From Bdellovibrionales bacterium (GTDB taxonomy: Bacteria; Bdellovibrionota; Bdellovibrionia; Bdellovibrionales; UBA1609), in NCBI GenBank assembly GCA_027317865.1, contig DAHVQG010000006.1:110257-174256 (forward strand): 64,000 nt of DNA, given 5' to 3'. Made by a program: the position numbers and the translations under genes. Position 1 is the first letter of the stretch, and every line of letters begins with the position of its first letter. The notes beneath the pieces are model-generated. The model did no database searches. It was not told the origin of the DNA and saw nothing but the letters and a program-made list of their open reading frames with translations. Below are positions 53,127 to 62,375 of the stretch, piece after piece.

Positions 53127-54893
53127 ATGGGAATGAAAGGGGCGAAAGCTTCACGCCATAAAGTCCATAGTCTAGCAACACGTGTCGACTTGTCCCGGCG
53201 TGATTTTATCAAACAGTCTGCTCTATTGGTTGGCGTCAGTGCAATGCCACTGGGCATTTTGTCATTGCCGTCGCGAAGAGCTCACGCGCAAACCCTAACA
53301 ACTTTTGATTATTACATTTCACCGACCGGAACTGATTCGAATCCAGGAACACTCGCAAGTCCATGGGCCATCACATCTCTTCAGGTTTCGAACACGAACT
53401 GGTCAAAGCTGGCGGGTAAACGGATCGGACTGCTCCCCGGCACATACAACGTCGGCTCGATGATGGAGAATGACGCCTCAACCGGCGCGCTTCAAATTCC
53501 AGGAGGCTCATCAAGTTCATGGACGTACCTCGCAAGCGCGGATGCCAGCGGCAACTACTCGCCGCGCACGGCAACGCTTAATGCCTTCGCCAACGGTCTC
53601 TACGGGGGCTTTCACTCAACCGGGCCAGGTGTCTACGACGGCCCAATTCTCTCCCACGTGGGCCGGTGGCCGAAACCCTATCCGCTCGGCTATTTAACCT
53701 TAGATGGAATCGTTTTCACAGGCTTCAGCTACAAGGGAATTCGCATAGGTGGCGCATCTTCTGGCGATGGTCCAGTCATAACCGGTCCAGTTACTGTGCA
53801 AAACTGCGAGTTCACAGGGCAAGGATTCAACACCGGCGACGGCCAAGACAATGGTAATTCGATTTGGGTGGATCCGTTTCAGCCTCCGATTGGGCAGCAG
53901 GGATGCCTCGTTACGAACTGTTGGTTTCACGACAATGTGTGGGAGGGCGGTGCAACTAGCGCTGACCACCTCAACGCAATTATCGCGTTCGGCTTCACCA
54001 CTGAATGTTATGGCCTCGAATTCTGCTACAATACTGTCGTGAAAAGCGGATCCATCTACGGCAAAGAAGGCGGAATTAGTGGCGTTAACGTTCATCACAA
54101 CTACATCGATGCAACCGCATACGCTGTGTATTCGGGGTGCATCGCGGACTTTATGAGCGGTGGTGGCACGTTCAATGGGCTTACGCATCCATCTTCTTTT
54201 CATCACAATGTCTGCTTGAGCTCGGGTAGTGGCGCAGGGAGCAGTGGCGGTATGATGTTTCCTACACTCCGCCAGACCGCTTATGGATCGGGCTACGGTT
54301 GGCAGACGCCCGTAACGATCTACAACAATACGGTCGTCTGCGTCGGAGCGAATACAGGGGCGATGGTGTTCGATGCCGCTTGTGCCCAGGACAATTCGGG
54401 ACTCGGACAGCTTAGGGCATTCAACAATATTTACGCCAGTAATGCCGGTGGCAGTTGGAATAATTATGGTAATTTTTTGACCACAGTTAAGAGCCCGGCG
54501 GTTTGGGATTACAACTTATTTCCTTCGTCCGGAGTGACGTGGGCCATCGTGCCTGACGCCAATAATTTTAGTCTTTGCACTTCGCATTCGCTTTATACAA
54601 GCGCGGCGAGTTTTGCATCAGCGGTGGCCGTGGGCGGCGGTATTGCGGGCATAGAAGCGCACAGCGTTGCAGCTGCGCCGAAATTCACGAATACAGGATC
54701 GTACGCCGAACTCTATAAACTCGCGAGCGGTTCGGCTGGCGTAGGCCAAGGAAGCTCTGACGGCACCCCGAGCGGCACGCCTTGCGATTTGGGGGCGTGG
54801 GGCAATGGCGCCACGCAAATCGGCTGCAATTTTACGTCTGGCGCACAAACAATAAATACTCCGATGCCGCCAACGCTATTGAAGGTGGCATGA
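53127..54893 (+). CDS. Tat-exported parallel beta-helix protein (paralog of 51159)
   Basis: SRRDFIK; YYISPTG.DSNPGT..SPW; shared C-terminal GAWGNGATQIG. Confidence 0.8.
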   Translation: MGMKGAKASRHKVHSLATRVDLSRRDFIKQSALLVGVSAMPLGILSLPSRRAHAQTLTTFDYYISPTGTDSNPGTLASPWAITSLQVSNTNWSKLAGKRIGLLPGTYNVGSMMENDASTGALQIPGGSSSSWTYLASADASGNYSPRTATLNAFANGLYGGFHSTGPGVYDGPILSHVGRWPKPYPLGYLTLDGIVFTGFSYKGIRIGGASSGDGPVITGPVTVQNCEFTGQGFNTGDGQDNGNSIWVDPFQPPIGQQGCLVTNCWFHDNVWEGGATSADHLNAIIAFGFTTECYGLEFCYNTVVKSGSIYGKEGGISGVNVHHNYIDATAYAVYSGCIADFMSGGGTFNGLTHPSSFHHNVCLSSGSGAGSSGGMMFPTLRQTAYGSGYGWQTPVTIYNNTVVCVGANTGAMVFDAACAQDNSGLGQLRAFNNIYASNAGGSWNNYGNFLTTVKSPAVWDYNLFPSSGVTWAIVPDANNFSLCTSHSLYTSAASFASAVAVGGGIAGIEAHSVAAAPKFTNTGSYAELYKLASGSAGVGQGSSDGTPSGTPCDLGAWGNGATQIGCNFTSGAQTINTPMPPTLLKVA

Positions 54894-54912
54894 ACAAATT
54901 TAGGGGGCGATC

Positions 54913-55368
54913 ATGAACCTAAAATTTAACTTTTACAGTCATCGCATGCGGGTGGCGCTTATCGGAATTCTCACAATTCTACTGGTGGGATTTTTCTTTA
55001 ACAATTGCTCGGGCGGATTTCAATCAGCCGGAAGTACAATTAGCCAAAGCTCGACAAGCAGTTCTGCGGGGTCAAATTCAGGATCGAGCGGCGCCACAAC
55101 CGCCAATCAAGGGATGGCCACATTGACTTGGCAAGCGCCAACTCAAAATACGGATGGTAGTTCACTAACCGATCTTGCCGGCTACCACATTTACTACGGC
55201 TCTTCTCAAAATGCTCTTAATCAAATGATCACAGTTTCGAATCCGGCTACGACCACGTACCAGATTGACAATCTCGGAACCGGAACTTGGTATTTCGCTG
55301 TCGCGGCTTACAGCACATCGGGCACAGAAAGCGCGCGCTCAAATGTTGGAAGTAAAACTTTCAAATAA
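54913..55368 (+). CDS. Fibronectin type III domain lipoprotein-like protein
   Basis: FFNNCS signal; Ser-rich linker; LTWQAP..LAGYHIYYG..L..GTWYFAV.AY..ES..SN. Confidence 0.85.
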   Translation: MNLKFNFYSHRMRVALIGILTILLVGFFFNNCSGGFQSAGSTISQSSTSSSAGSNSGSSGATTANQGMATLTWQAPTQNTDGSSLTDLAGYHIYYGSSQNALNQMITVSNPATTTYQIDNLGTGTWYFAVAAYSTSGTESARSNVGSKTFK

Positions 55369-55712
55369 TGCCAACTCAAGTTTTGACCATTTAAGATGTA
55401 TTTAGCGTCGCTTGCCGTAGGTGACGGCGCTACGAAATTCATTGAACCTTAGTCAAGGCGAAGAAATGTGCAAAAGGTCTCGGGGCAGCGTCGCAAATCA
55501 TTTGTTGGCGCAACTCAGTTTTGTAACGGCTGCTCACTGAAGCGTCGGTCAATATTTACTCAGGCCGCTGATCGTTGGACTCGGAGACAAGTTGCCGTCG
55601 ACACAACGCCCTATGATATTAAGAAGGTATCCGACCAAAGTTAGTTAAACCCGCTTGGTTGTTTGACCCGTACACCGCCTAAACTCGCGCCAACGTTCAA
55701 AGGTCCACCAAG

Positions 55713-55728
55713 TGGCTAAAAATAGCCA
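55713..55728. promoter_or_regulatory. Palindromic operator TGGCTA-AAAA-TAGCCA (putative enhancer/UAS)
   Basis: Perfect-arm palindrome, repeated three times at 61835-61933. Confidence 0.75.
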
Positions 55729-55878
55729 TTTTCATTTTTGCCTTAAGTTCTGAGAACGCCTTCACTTTTTTTAAAAGTGCATTCGGAAAAAACACGTTTT
55801 GAAACGGTTTGCGAAAGAGTTACATGGGCATTAGCGGAGTCAAGTGCGCTCAAATACAACGTCGCTAAACTGAAGGTG

Positions 55879-55891
55879 TAAAACGTTGATT
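55879..55891 (-). promoter_or_regulatory. IHF consensus site
   Basis: Minus strand AATCAA-CGTT-TTA matches WATCAANNNNTTR; lies between the palindrome and the promoter. Confidence 0.55.
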
Positions 55892-55908
55892 CTCAGGCGG
55901 ATTTGATG

Positions 55909-55924
55909 TGGCACTGATCTTGCT
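55909..55924 (+). promoter_or_regulatory. Sigma-54 -24/-12 promoter
   Basis: TGGCAC-TGATC-TTGCT. Confidence 0.8.
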
Positions 55925-55945
55925 TTGAGCAAATTTCAGTTAGAT

Positions 55946-57346
55946 ATGAAACACTCAATTTTGTTTATTGATGATAATGAATCTCTTCGGGAGTCGATGA
56001 GCGTATTTTTCGAGCGCGAAGGGTTTAACTCAAAATGTGCCGCCGACGGCGAAGGCGGCATCGCTTTAGTTCGACAGAACGTCAGTCACTTTTCAATTGC
56101 ACTTGTTGACTATCATTTGCCCGATATGAACGGCGCACAAGTCACCGCAAGAATTCGCGAACTTGATTCAGACATTATAATTTTAGGGTTTTCGGATGAC
56201 AAAACAGATCCCGTTCACAACGAAGCGCTTGCGGCCGGTGCGCTCATATTTGTAAATAAAGATGCAAGCGACGCCAAACTTCTTGGGATTTTGCACCGGC
56301 ACTGCCAGGAGTACGAGAGGCGAAATAAACCACTTACAATTACCACTAGAAGTGCAAATCAAAAATTGATTTCTGCATTAGGTATGGTCGGCTGCTCGAA
56401 CCATCTGGCTCAAATCTCGCGAGATGTTTTTAAATATGCGCTCACAACGTCAACCGTATTTATCAGGGGCGAAAATGGCACAGGAAAAGAGATGATTGCT
56501 CGTGCCGTCCACAATCTATCTGATCGGCGCAATATGCCGTTTATTCCTGTAAACTGCGCAACAATTTCTAAGGACTTAATTGCAAAAGAATTATTTGGTC
56601 ATGTGAAAGGTGCATTTACCGGGGCCGTCGAAAATAGTTCTGGCAAATTTCAGGCTGCTAACCACGGGACGATTTTTCTTGATGAGATCGGCGAGCTTTC
56701 ATCAGACGCGCAGGCAGCCCTTCTTCGTGTACTTCAAGATAAAACCCTCATGCCGGTTGGATCAAACAAAACCCAAACGGTAGATGTCCGAGTTGTAACC
56801 GCGACAAATGCTCCAATCGAAAAAATGATAGAAGCCAACGAATTTAGGATCGATTTATTTCAAAGGCTTAACGTGTTACCCATTCGTCTAAATCCACTTC
56901 GTGAGCGTCCCGAAGATATTCCATATTTAGTTGAACATTTTATGGGCCAAGAAAACAAAAAAGGGTCCGCAAAGAAAATGATATTGGAATCGGACGTTGA
57001 AAAACTAAAAGCTCTGCCATGGCTTGGTAATGTACGCGAACTTGGGCACGCTATCGAATATCTATTTACCGTCTGCGATGGTGATCGACTTGATATATCA
57101 CGGTTGAAAAACTGGAATGATAACCTAAGTAAACAACGGTCGTTATCGAGTCCCGGCGACATTAGAAATCTCGGAGCCACAATTAAAGAGCGTGAAGTCG
57201 AAGAGATCAAAAGCTCTCTTCGAAACCAGGGTTCAGTTGTCGGTGCCGCCAGGAGGCTTGGAATAAGTCGCGGCGCCTTACGAGCAAAAATTGAAAAGTA
57301 TGGGATTGAAATCGAGAAATTTACAAAGGAGAAACTAAGGCCATGA
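55946..57346 (+). CDS. Sigma-54-dependent response regulator (NtrC family bEBP)
   Basis: Receiver (FIDD, VDYHLPD); Walker A GENGTGKE; GAFTGA; FLDEIGE; W.GNVREL; Fis-like HTH. Confidence 0.95.
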   Translation: MKHSILFIDDNESLRESMSVFFEREGFNSKCAADGEGGIALVRQNVSHFSIALVDYHLPDMNGAQVTARIRELDSDIIILGFSDDKTDPVHNEALAAGALIFVNKDASDAKLLGILHRHCQEYERRNKPLTITTRSANQKLISALGMVGCSNHLAQISRDVFKYALTTSTVFIRGENGTGKEMIARAVHNLSDRRNMPFIPVNCATISKDLIAKELFGHVKGAFTGAVENSSGKFQAANHGTIFLDEIGELSSDAQAALLRVLQDKTLMPVGSNKTQTVDVRVVTATNAPIEKMIEANEFRIDLFQRLNVLPIRLNPLRERPEDIPYLVEHFMGQENKKGSAKKMILESDVEKLKALPWLGNVRELGHAIEYLFTVCDGDRLDISRLKNWNDNLSKQRSLSSPGDIRNLGATIKEREVEEIKSSLRNQGSVVGAARRLGISRGALRAKIEKYGIEIEKFTKEKLRP

Positions 57347-57759
57347 AAACACGTTATACCGTGCCGATACTGCTGGCATTACTAACGGGAACGCTTGAAG
57401 CAACCGCTGCCACGGCAGCTCCGGTTCCCGCACAAAGGCTCACTTACGAAGAAAAAATTGAGGTTGCAAACGCGATTAACCTTCTCATCAATGAAGACGT
57501 GCTTACAATCTATCCAAACCAATGCTTGAAGTTTTCTATTACGAGTCCTGAAACCACACAACGACTCAGCTATAAAGAACAACTTGAAGTTACGGATGCC
57601 TATAATCTTCTTGTTGGCGAGCATGTTCTAAAAGCTACCCCCGATCAATGTTTGAAATTTGATGGCGGCATCATCAGCGAGCTTAGAAAAATGGGACTGC
57701 TCGAATATGGTGACTCGAAAGTTTTAACAGTGTGTTTTAGTAGTCGGGGTACAAAATAA
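57343..57759 (+). CDS. Small secreted protein with two 34-aa repeats (candidate signal precursor)
   Basis: Signal peptide; repeats at aa 31-64 and 73-106, 20/34 identical; ATGA overlap with the upstream gene. Confidence 0.8.
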   Translation: MKTRYTVPILLALLTGTLEATAATAAPVPAQRLTYEEKIEVANAINLLINEDVLTIYPNQCLKFSITSPETTQRLSYKEQLEVTDAYNLLVGEHVLKATPDQCLKFDGGIISELRKMGLLEYGDSKVLTVCFSSRGTK

Positions 57760-57784
57760 CATTTCCGACGAAAGTTAGTGGGCA

Positions 57785-59317
57785 ATGACAAAATATAAAT
57801 TAATTGGGGTTGCGTTAGCACTCTTAATGGTCGGAGGAGGCTTTATACTTATGACAAATTTAGGTGGAAGTGATGGGAATTTGCGAGTGGCGTTTCCCTC
57901 CGATAAGCCGGTTACGGACTACGAACCGACTGAAATTCATTGGGACTATCAGTACATTCTTTTGGAAAATTTATTTTCTCCACTTGTTGAATTTGGCAAA
58001 CATGGAGCTCTTCATGGAGGGATTGCGGAACATGCTGACTGGGTTGGTGATGAACTCCGTCTGACCATTCGTAATGGACTAAAAACTGAAAATGGGACGC
58101 CGATAACGGCTGCCGATGTCGTGTTTTCCCTAAAGCGATTGTTGGTTTTGTCTGGTAACACGCACGGAAATTTTAAGGACCTTGTGTGTCCTGGTATTAA
58201 ACTCAAATCAGTTGAAGACAACTGCCCCGATCTTACAAGTGACGGTAATGTTGTTATTATAAAAACAAAAAAACGGGAACAATTTCTTCTTCCAATGCTT
58301 GCTGCAATTGATTTTGCGATTATTCCAAAATCAAGTGTCGATCCAAAAACACTAAAAATCATAAATTATAAAGAAACAAGTGGTCCATATTATGTCGCAA
58401 AAGACGATGGAAATGGACATATTGAATTAAAGCTCAATCCATTTAGTTATCATGCAAGTAAAAACATTCCACAGACCGTGGAACTTGTGCCCGAGCTTAC
58501 TGCAAAGGCAAGCCTTGAGGCTCTTCTTAACAATCAAGTTGATCTTGTCACCACAATCGATGCTGCACGCGCTGATGAAGTTTTGCCATTTGCAGAAAAG
58601 CATAGTCAATTTCGGCTCCACGAAACGCAGAACATTCGAGTTGCCGTGCTCGTTTTTACTGAAAGGGGGATTAAAGAATTGTCGTCTGAAGAGCGTCGAT
58701 ATATTGGGCATCAAGTTCGCGAGGCGTTTCGGACCCTTTCTAATAATACCCCTGGGTACCAGCCCACCGATTCTTTCTTTCCTGGGTTGAGCGATGGTGC
58801 GCTCACAGGTAAGCAGCAGACCGATATTCTCGCGCTCAACAAACTTCATGGCACTAAACCAAAAGGTGAAATCAAAATTGGCCTACTTCATGACAATAAT
58901 GTGAGCCTGTGGTCGAATGCCATTCGTAAAGCACTACCGGATGCCAAGTGTTCTACTATTTCGTACATACCGGCGTTTGGAAAACATTCATCGATCGATA
59001 CCATGCCCGATGCGTTTATCGGTGCAACCGATACGTCGTTTATGGAAGACATCAATCTCATTTCTTACTCACTTAACGCCGGAGTTTTTGGTCTTACTAA
59101 GCTTGAGCGTGCTGAATGGTTGAAGAAATACATGTCGATTGATGACAAAGAAAAGCGCCTAAAAATGCTTCGAAATCTTGAGTTCGATGCCCTGTCAGCT
59201 CCAGTTCTTGTTCCGCTTGTTGCTTCACCATACACTGCGTTAGTGCGCAAACCATGGAGATTTGAATTATCAACCTATTATGCAAATGATCCGATATGGC
59301 AAATCACACGAGATTAA
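57785..59317 (+). CDS. Family 5 (OppA/DppA-like) solute-binding protein, no adjacent permease or ATPase
   Basis: ENLFSPLV, GTPITAADVVFSLKR and TSGPY motifs; N-terminal hydrophobic anchor. Confidence 0.85.
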   Translation: MTKYKLIGVALALLMVGGGFILMTNLGGSDGNLRVAFPSDKPVTDYEPTEIHWDYQYILLENLFSPLVEFGKHGALHGGIAEHADWVGDELRLTIRNGLKTENGTPITAADVVFSLKRLLVLSGNTHGNFKDLVCPGIKLKSVEDNCPDLTSDGNVVIIKTKKREQFLLPMLAAIDFAIIPKSSVDPKTLKIINYKETSGPYYVAKDDGNGHIELKLNPFSYHASKNIPQTVELVPELTAKASLEALLNNQVDLVTTIDAARADEVLPFAEKHSQFRLHETQNIRVAVLVFTERGIKELSSEERRYIGHQVREAFRTLSNNTPGYQPTDSFFPGLSDGALTGKQQTDILALNKLHGTKPKGEIKIGLLHDNNVSLWSNAIRKALPDAKCSTISYIPAFGKHSSIDTMPDAFIGATDTSFMEDINLISYSLNAGVFGLTKLERAEWLKKYMSIDDKEKRLKMLRNLEFDALSAPVLVPLVASPYTALVRKPWRFELSTYYANDPIWQITRD

Positions 59318-60144
59318 CAAATTGGCTCGTTGAAAACCGGGCTACGATGAATCCGCATTTTACCGAGTACACTTGGCCGAAGCGGTATTTTCATGGGATT
59401 CATGACATTGAAGCTAGAATTACTTTGCGTGATATCTCAAATGGTAGTCGTAAAGGGCGAATGATAGACTCATGTGGACGAGGCATTGATGCCAACCAGG
59501 AACTTGCACTAGAGAAAGCATCATCCGAAGCCATTGAGCGGCTTATTTGTTTACGTTTTGGATTCGACTCTGAAGGGTTTGCGATTTCGGGTCGCAATGG
59601 AGCTGCCGAGCACGCTAAAGACGAAGCTCTTGAGCGCTATTATTTTAAAAGCCACGTGGATAATGGTCGACCATTTTCACAAATTGACTCGTCAAGTACG
59701 CGCCAATTAATTGAGCGGTTTAAATTGCAAAATGCAAATTTTGACATGATCTTTTACCGGATGGCTACACCTGAAGATGTAAGCGGTGTGGTTTGCACAA
59801 TTGCTGGTAGCAATCAGGAACCATTCTTCTTGGGTCTTGCGTTAAATTGTGATCTCGAAATTTCGGCAAGCCGGGCCATGAATGAATCGCTTGCAAACTA
59901 TGCACGCTTCTGTGATGAGCCAGAAAGCTACCGGGCCGAAGTTGAAAAAAATAAAGACGCGTGGATTTCAAAACCCAACTTCTTACGGTCGATACAATCA
60001 CTTTTTACCACGAATGAAACAATTAAACTATTGATAGAACCGCCAGAGCTTGCAAGTGAGTTCATTGATACTTCCACATTCCACCCGCTTCGAGGGTGCC
60101 CGATTGAGCCCGTTCGATTTTATGTCAAAGGAGTGTCTCTATGA
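59296..60144 (+). CDS. Miniature YcaO-like protein
   Basis: GRG...ALEKASSEAIER, SEGFA...AKDEALER and G.A.....ASRAMNE match the three YcaO nucleotide/Mg-binding motifs. Confidence 0.7.
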   Translation: MANHTRLTNWLVENRATMNPHFTEYTWPKRYFHGIHDIEARITLRDISNGSRKGRMIDSCGRGIDANQELALEKASSEAIERLICLRFGFDSEGFAISGRNGAAEHAKDEALERYYFKSHVDNGRPFSQIDSSSTRQLIERFKLQNANFDMIFYRMATPEDVSGVVCTIAGSNQEPFFLGLALNCDLEISASRAMNESLANYARFCDEPESYRAEVEKNKDAWISKPNFLRSIQSLFTTNETIKLLIEPPELASEFIDTSTFHPLRGCPIEPVRFYVKGVSL

Positions 60145-61697
60145 CAAGGTCACTTAACGAGAATATTCGACGCTTTGAAGTCAAACAAATTGTCGTATCA
60201 GCGCTAGCTCTTATAATTGTGGTTGGCACTTCAGTTATTATCAACAGCTATCAATTAAATTCTGTTGCACATGAAGCGGCAAAGTTTGTGACTCGACTTA
60301 TGCAGCTCGAAGATATTCGTGAAGTTCCCTTCGTACTCGGTGACACAAGACGTGATGGAATTTCAAAAATCATATTTGCTTCAAACATTCCGTCAAGGCG
60401 ATTTACGGTCCCACCTCCGACGTATATTAATAAACCAAACGCATTTTGGCACGATCTTGTAACATCAAAAATTACACTTCCTGCCGACGATCAACTTGAA
60501 ACAAGTTACAAAGATAAAATTACATTTGAATATAATCGGTTTCGGCTTGCCCCGTATGCAGTTTTAATTTGGCTTTTACTTGTGATTGTTTCTATTCCAC
60601 AGACTCAGTACATGAAGCGTCGGCTTGTCGAACAGTTTGAGCGAGAAATGAAAGGTGTTGAAGCCCAAGCTAAAGCTGACATTGCGCGCGAGGTGCGCCA
60701 CAATTTGCGCTCACCACTTGCCGCACTCATGCGTGTGCCGTCGCTTTTACCCGATTCGGTTGCAAAAGAACGTGAACTCTTAAAGAGCACAATTAATCAA
60801 ATTAAAGCCTTAATTTCGCAACTTGGATACGACGCAAAAGCCGAGTCATCACAAAATAACTCAAAAGAAATTTACGACACCCTTATACAATCGGTGCAAG
60901 AAACGGCCGCAGCTCTTCCGTCTGAAATACAATTCATTCACGAAGTTGAAGACGCCGTTGTGTCAGCCTACGTCACCCACATTCCGCACGAACTTCGAGC
61001 GTTAATCGGTAACATTGTAATCAACTCGGTTGAGGCAATAAATGGTCGTGGCACGATATTTTTTAAGGCACGTGATTTTGCAAGTCATATTGAAATCGTC
61101 GTTCAAGATTCAGGGCGAGGAATTCCTGCCGATGTGATCGAGCATATATTTGATGAAGGCTTTTCCCACGGCAAAGATAAGAGTACTGGTCACGGTCATG
61201 GGCTTTCCCATGCTAAACGGTGGATCGAAAAATGGGGCGGAACAATTGCCGCAAAAAGTGAGTCAGGGCAAATGACGACCATCACAATTGAGCTTCCAAT
61301 TGAGGAGCGGGCAAGTTGGTATGTGCCGAAAATTCGGCTTTATGACAATCAGCCCGTGATCGTTGTGGATGACCAAGAATCTGTCCGTAGACTTTGGGGA
61401 ATAAGGCTTGATGAAGTCGGCGTGACAAACGCAAGCGTTCTTTCAAGTGGCGCTGAGTTTAATGGAGTGGCTGCGCGGTTTGACGGGACTAATCAACACC
61501 CAGCGATCTTTCTCGATTATGATCTAGGTGATGATGTAAATGGCCTTGATCTTTTTTCACAGATGAAATTTCTCGGCGACAAGTATCTAGTCACGGGTCA
61601 CTTTGATGATCTTAATTTAAGGCGGCGGTGTGAGCGCGATAGCATACGCCTGCTGCCAAAAAGCCAGCTTGCCGATATACCAATTATCGTTGTTTAG
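60141..61697 (+). CDS. Membrane sensor histidine kinase with C-terminal receiver domain
   Basis: Two TMs; H-box RHNLRSPL; N-box NSVEA; DSGRGI; GHGLS; receiver VVDD..FLDYDL..PK. Confidence 0.93.
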   Translation: MTRSLNENIRRFEVKQIVVSALALIIVVGTSVIINSYQLNSVAHEAAKFVTRLMQLEDIREVPFVLGDTRRDGISKIIFASNIPSRRFTVPPPTYINKPNAFWHDLVTSKITLPADDQLETSYKDKITFEYNRFRLAPYAVLIWLLLVIVSIPQTQYMKRRLVEQFEREMKGVEAQAKADIAREVRHNLRSPLAALMRVPSLLPDSVAKERELLKSTINQIKALISQLGYDAKAESSQNNSKEIYDTLIQSVQETAAALPSEIQFIHEVEDAVVSAYVTHIPHELRALIGNIVINSVEAINGRGTIFFKARDFASHIEIVVQDSGRGIPADVIEHIFDEGFSHGKDKSTGHGHGLSHAKRWIEKWGGTIAAKSESGQMTTITIELPIEERASWYVPKIRLYDNQPVIVVDDQESVRRLWGIRLDEVGVTNASVLSSGAEFNGVAARFDGTNQHPAIFLDYDLGDDVNGLDLFSQMKFLGDKYLVTGHFDDLNLRRRCERDSIRLLPKSQLADIPIIVV

Positions 61698-61834
61698 ACA
61701 CAAAAAAGTATCTCGATTAAAATAGTTTCCTTAAGTTTCAATTTTTCGAATGACGCCGAAAGTGGCCGAGCACTGCTTCGCTGCGATTCATTGATTCAAA
61801 ATTAAAATTACGATTTTAGTGACAGATATTAAGG

Positions 61835-61933
61835 TGGCTAAAAATAGCCATTTCGTGGCTATTTTTAGCCAGTGAAGCTTAAGTTTGTGATTTCATTTGC
61901 GATTGAAAAAATTAGTATGGCTAAATTTAGCCA
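61835..61933. promoter_or_regulatory. Three TGGCTA-W4-TAGCCA palindromes
   Basis: 61835-61850, 61856-61871 and 61918-61933. Confidence 0.85.
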
Positions 61934-62021
61934 TTTTCAAAAATCAACTGTTTTTGTTTCTAATCGTTTGATCGTAAGTCAATTCATAAACTTACCTCAT
62001 TTATACGTCTAAAAATCACAT

Positions 62022-62037
62022 CGGCACAATCCTCGCA
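62022..62037 (+). promoter_or_regulatory. Sigma-54-like -24/-12 promoter
   Basis: CGGCAC-AATCC-TCGCA (GG-N10-GC). Confidence 0.6.
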
Positions 62038-62097
62038 ATTATGTATTTGGGGGCGGCAATAATGCCGCTTCCAAAACAACAAACGAAGGAGGAGCAA

Positions 62098-62331
62098 ATG
62101 CTCAATGCCGATCAAGCACCATACTTTCATACATGCCCACGCTGTGGCGCCGGAGGGCTCGAACGACTTTCGACCCACGCGTACTGCTTCGAGTGCAATT
62201 ACGCCGAAGCGCATGATACGGGCGAGTTTTTAGCGATCCCACCATGGGCGCTCGAAGTGCTTAAAACGCCAAAATCTAAACGGGCAAATCACGACCGAAA
62301 TGAAGAGGACCAACTTAAATGCGCAGTTTGA
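62098..62331 (+). CDS. Small zinc-ribbon protein
   Basis: AAGGAGG RBS; CPRC...CFEC. Confidence 0.75.
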   Translation: MLNADQAPYFHTCPRCGAGGLERLSTHAYCFECNYAEAHDTGEFLAIPPWALEVLKTPKSKRANHDRNEEDQLKCAV

Positions 62332-62375
62332 TTAATCATCTGCCAAAAACCAATAACCATAAAAGGGAATAAAAA

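Noticed and set aside
57343-60144. Classical thiazole/oxazole (TOMM) bacteriocin cluster
   Set aside because: No E1-like partner, dehydrogenase, protease/exporter or long Cys/Ser-rich core.
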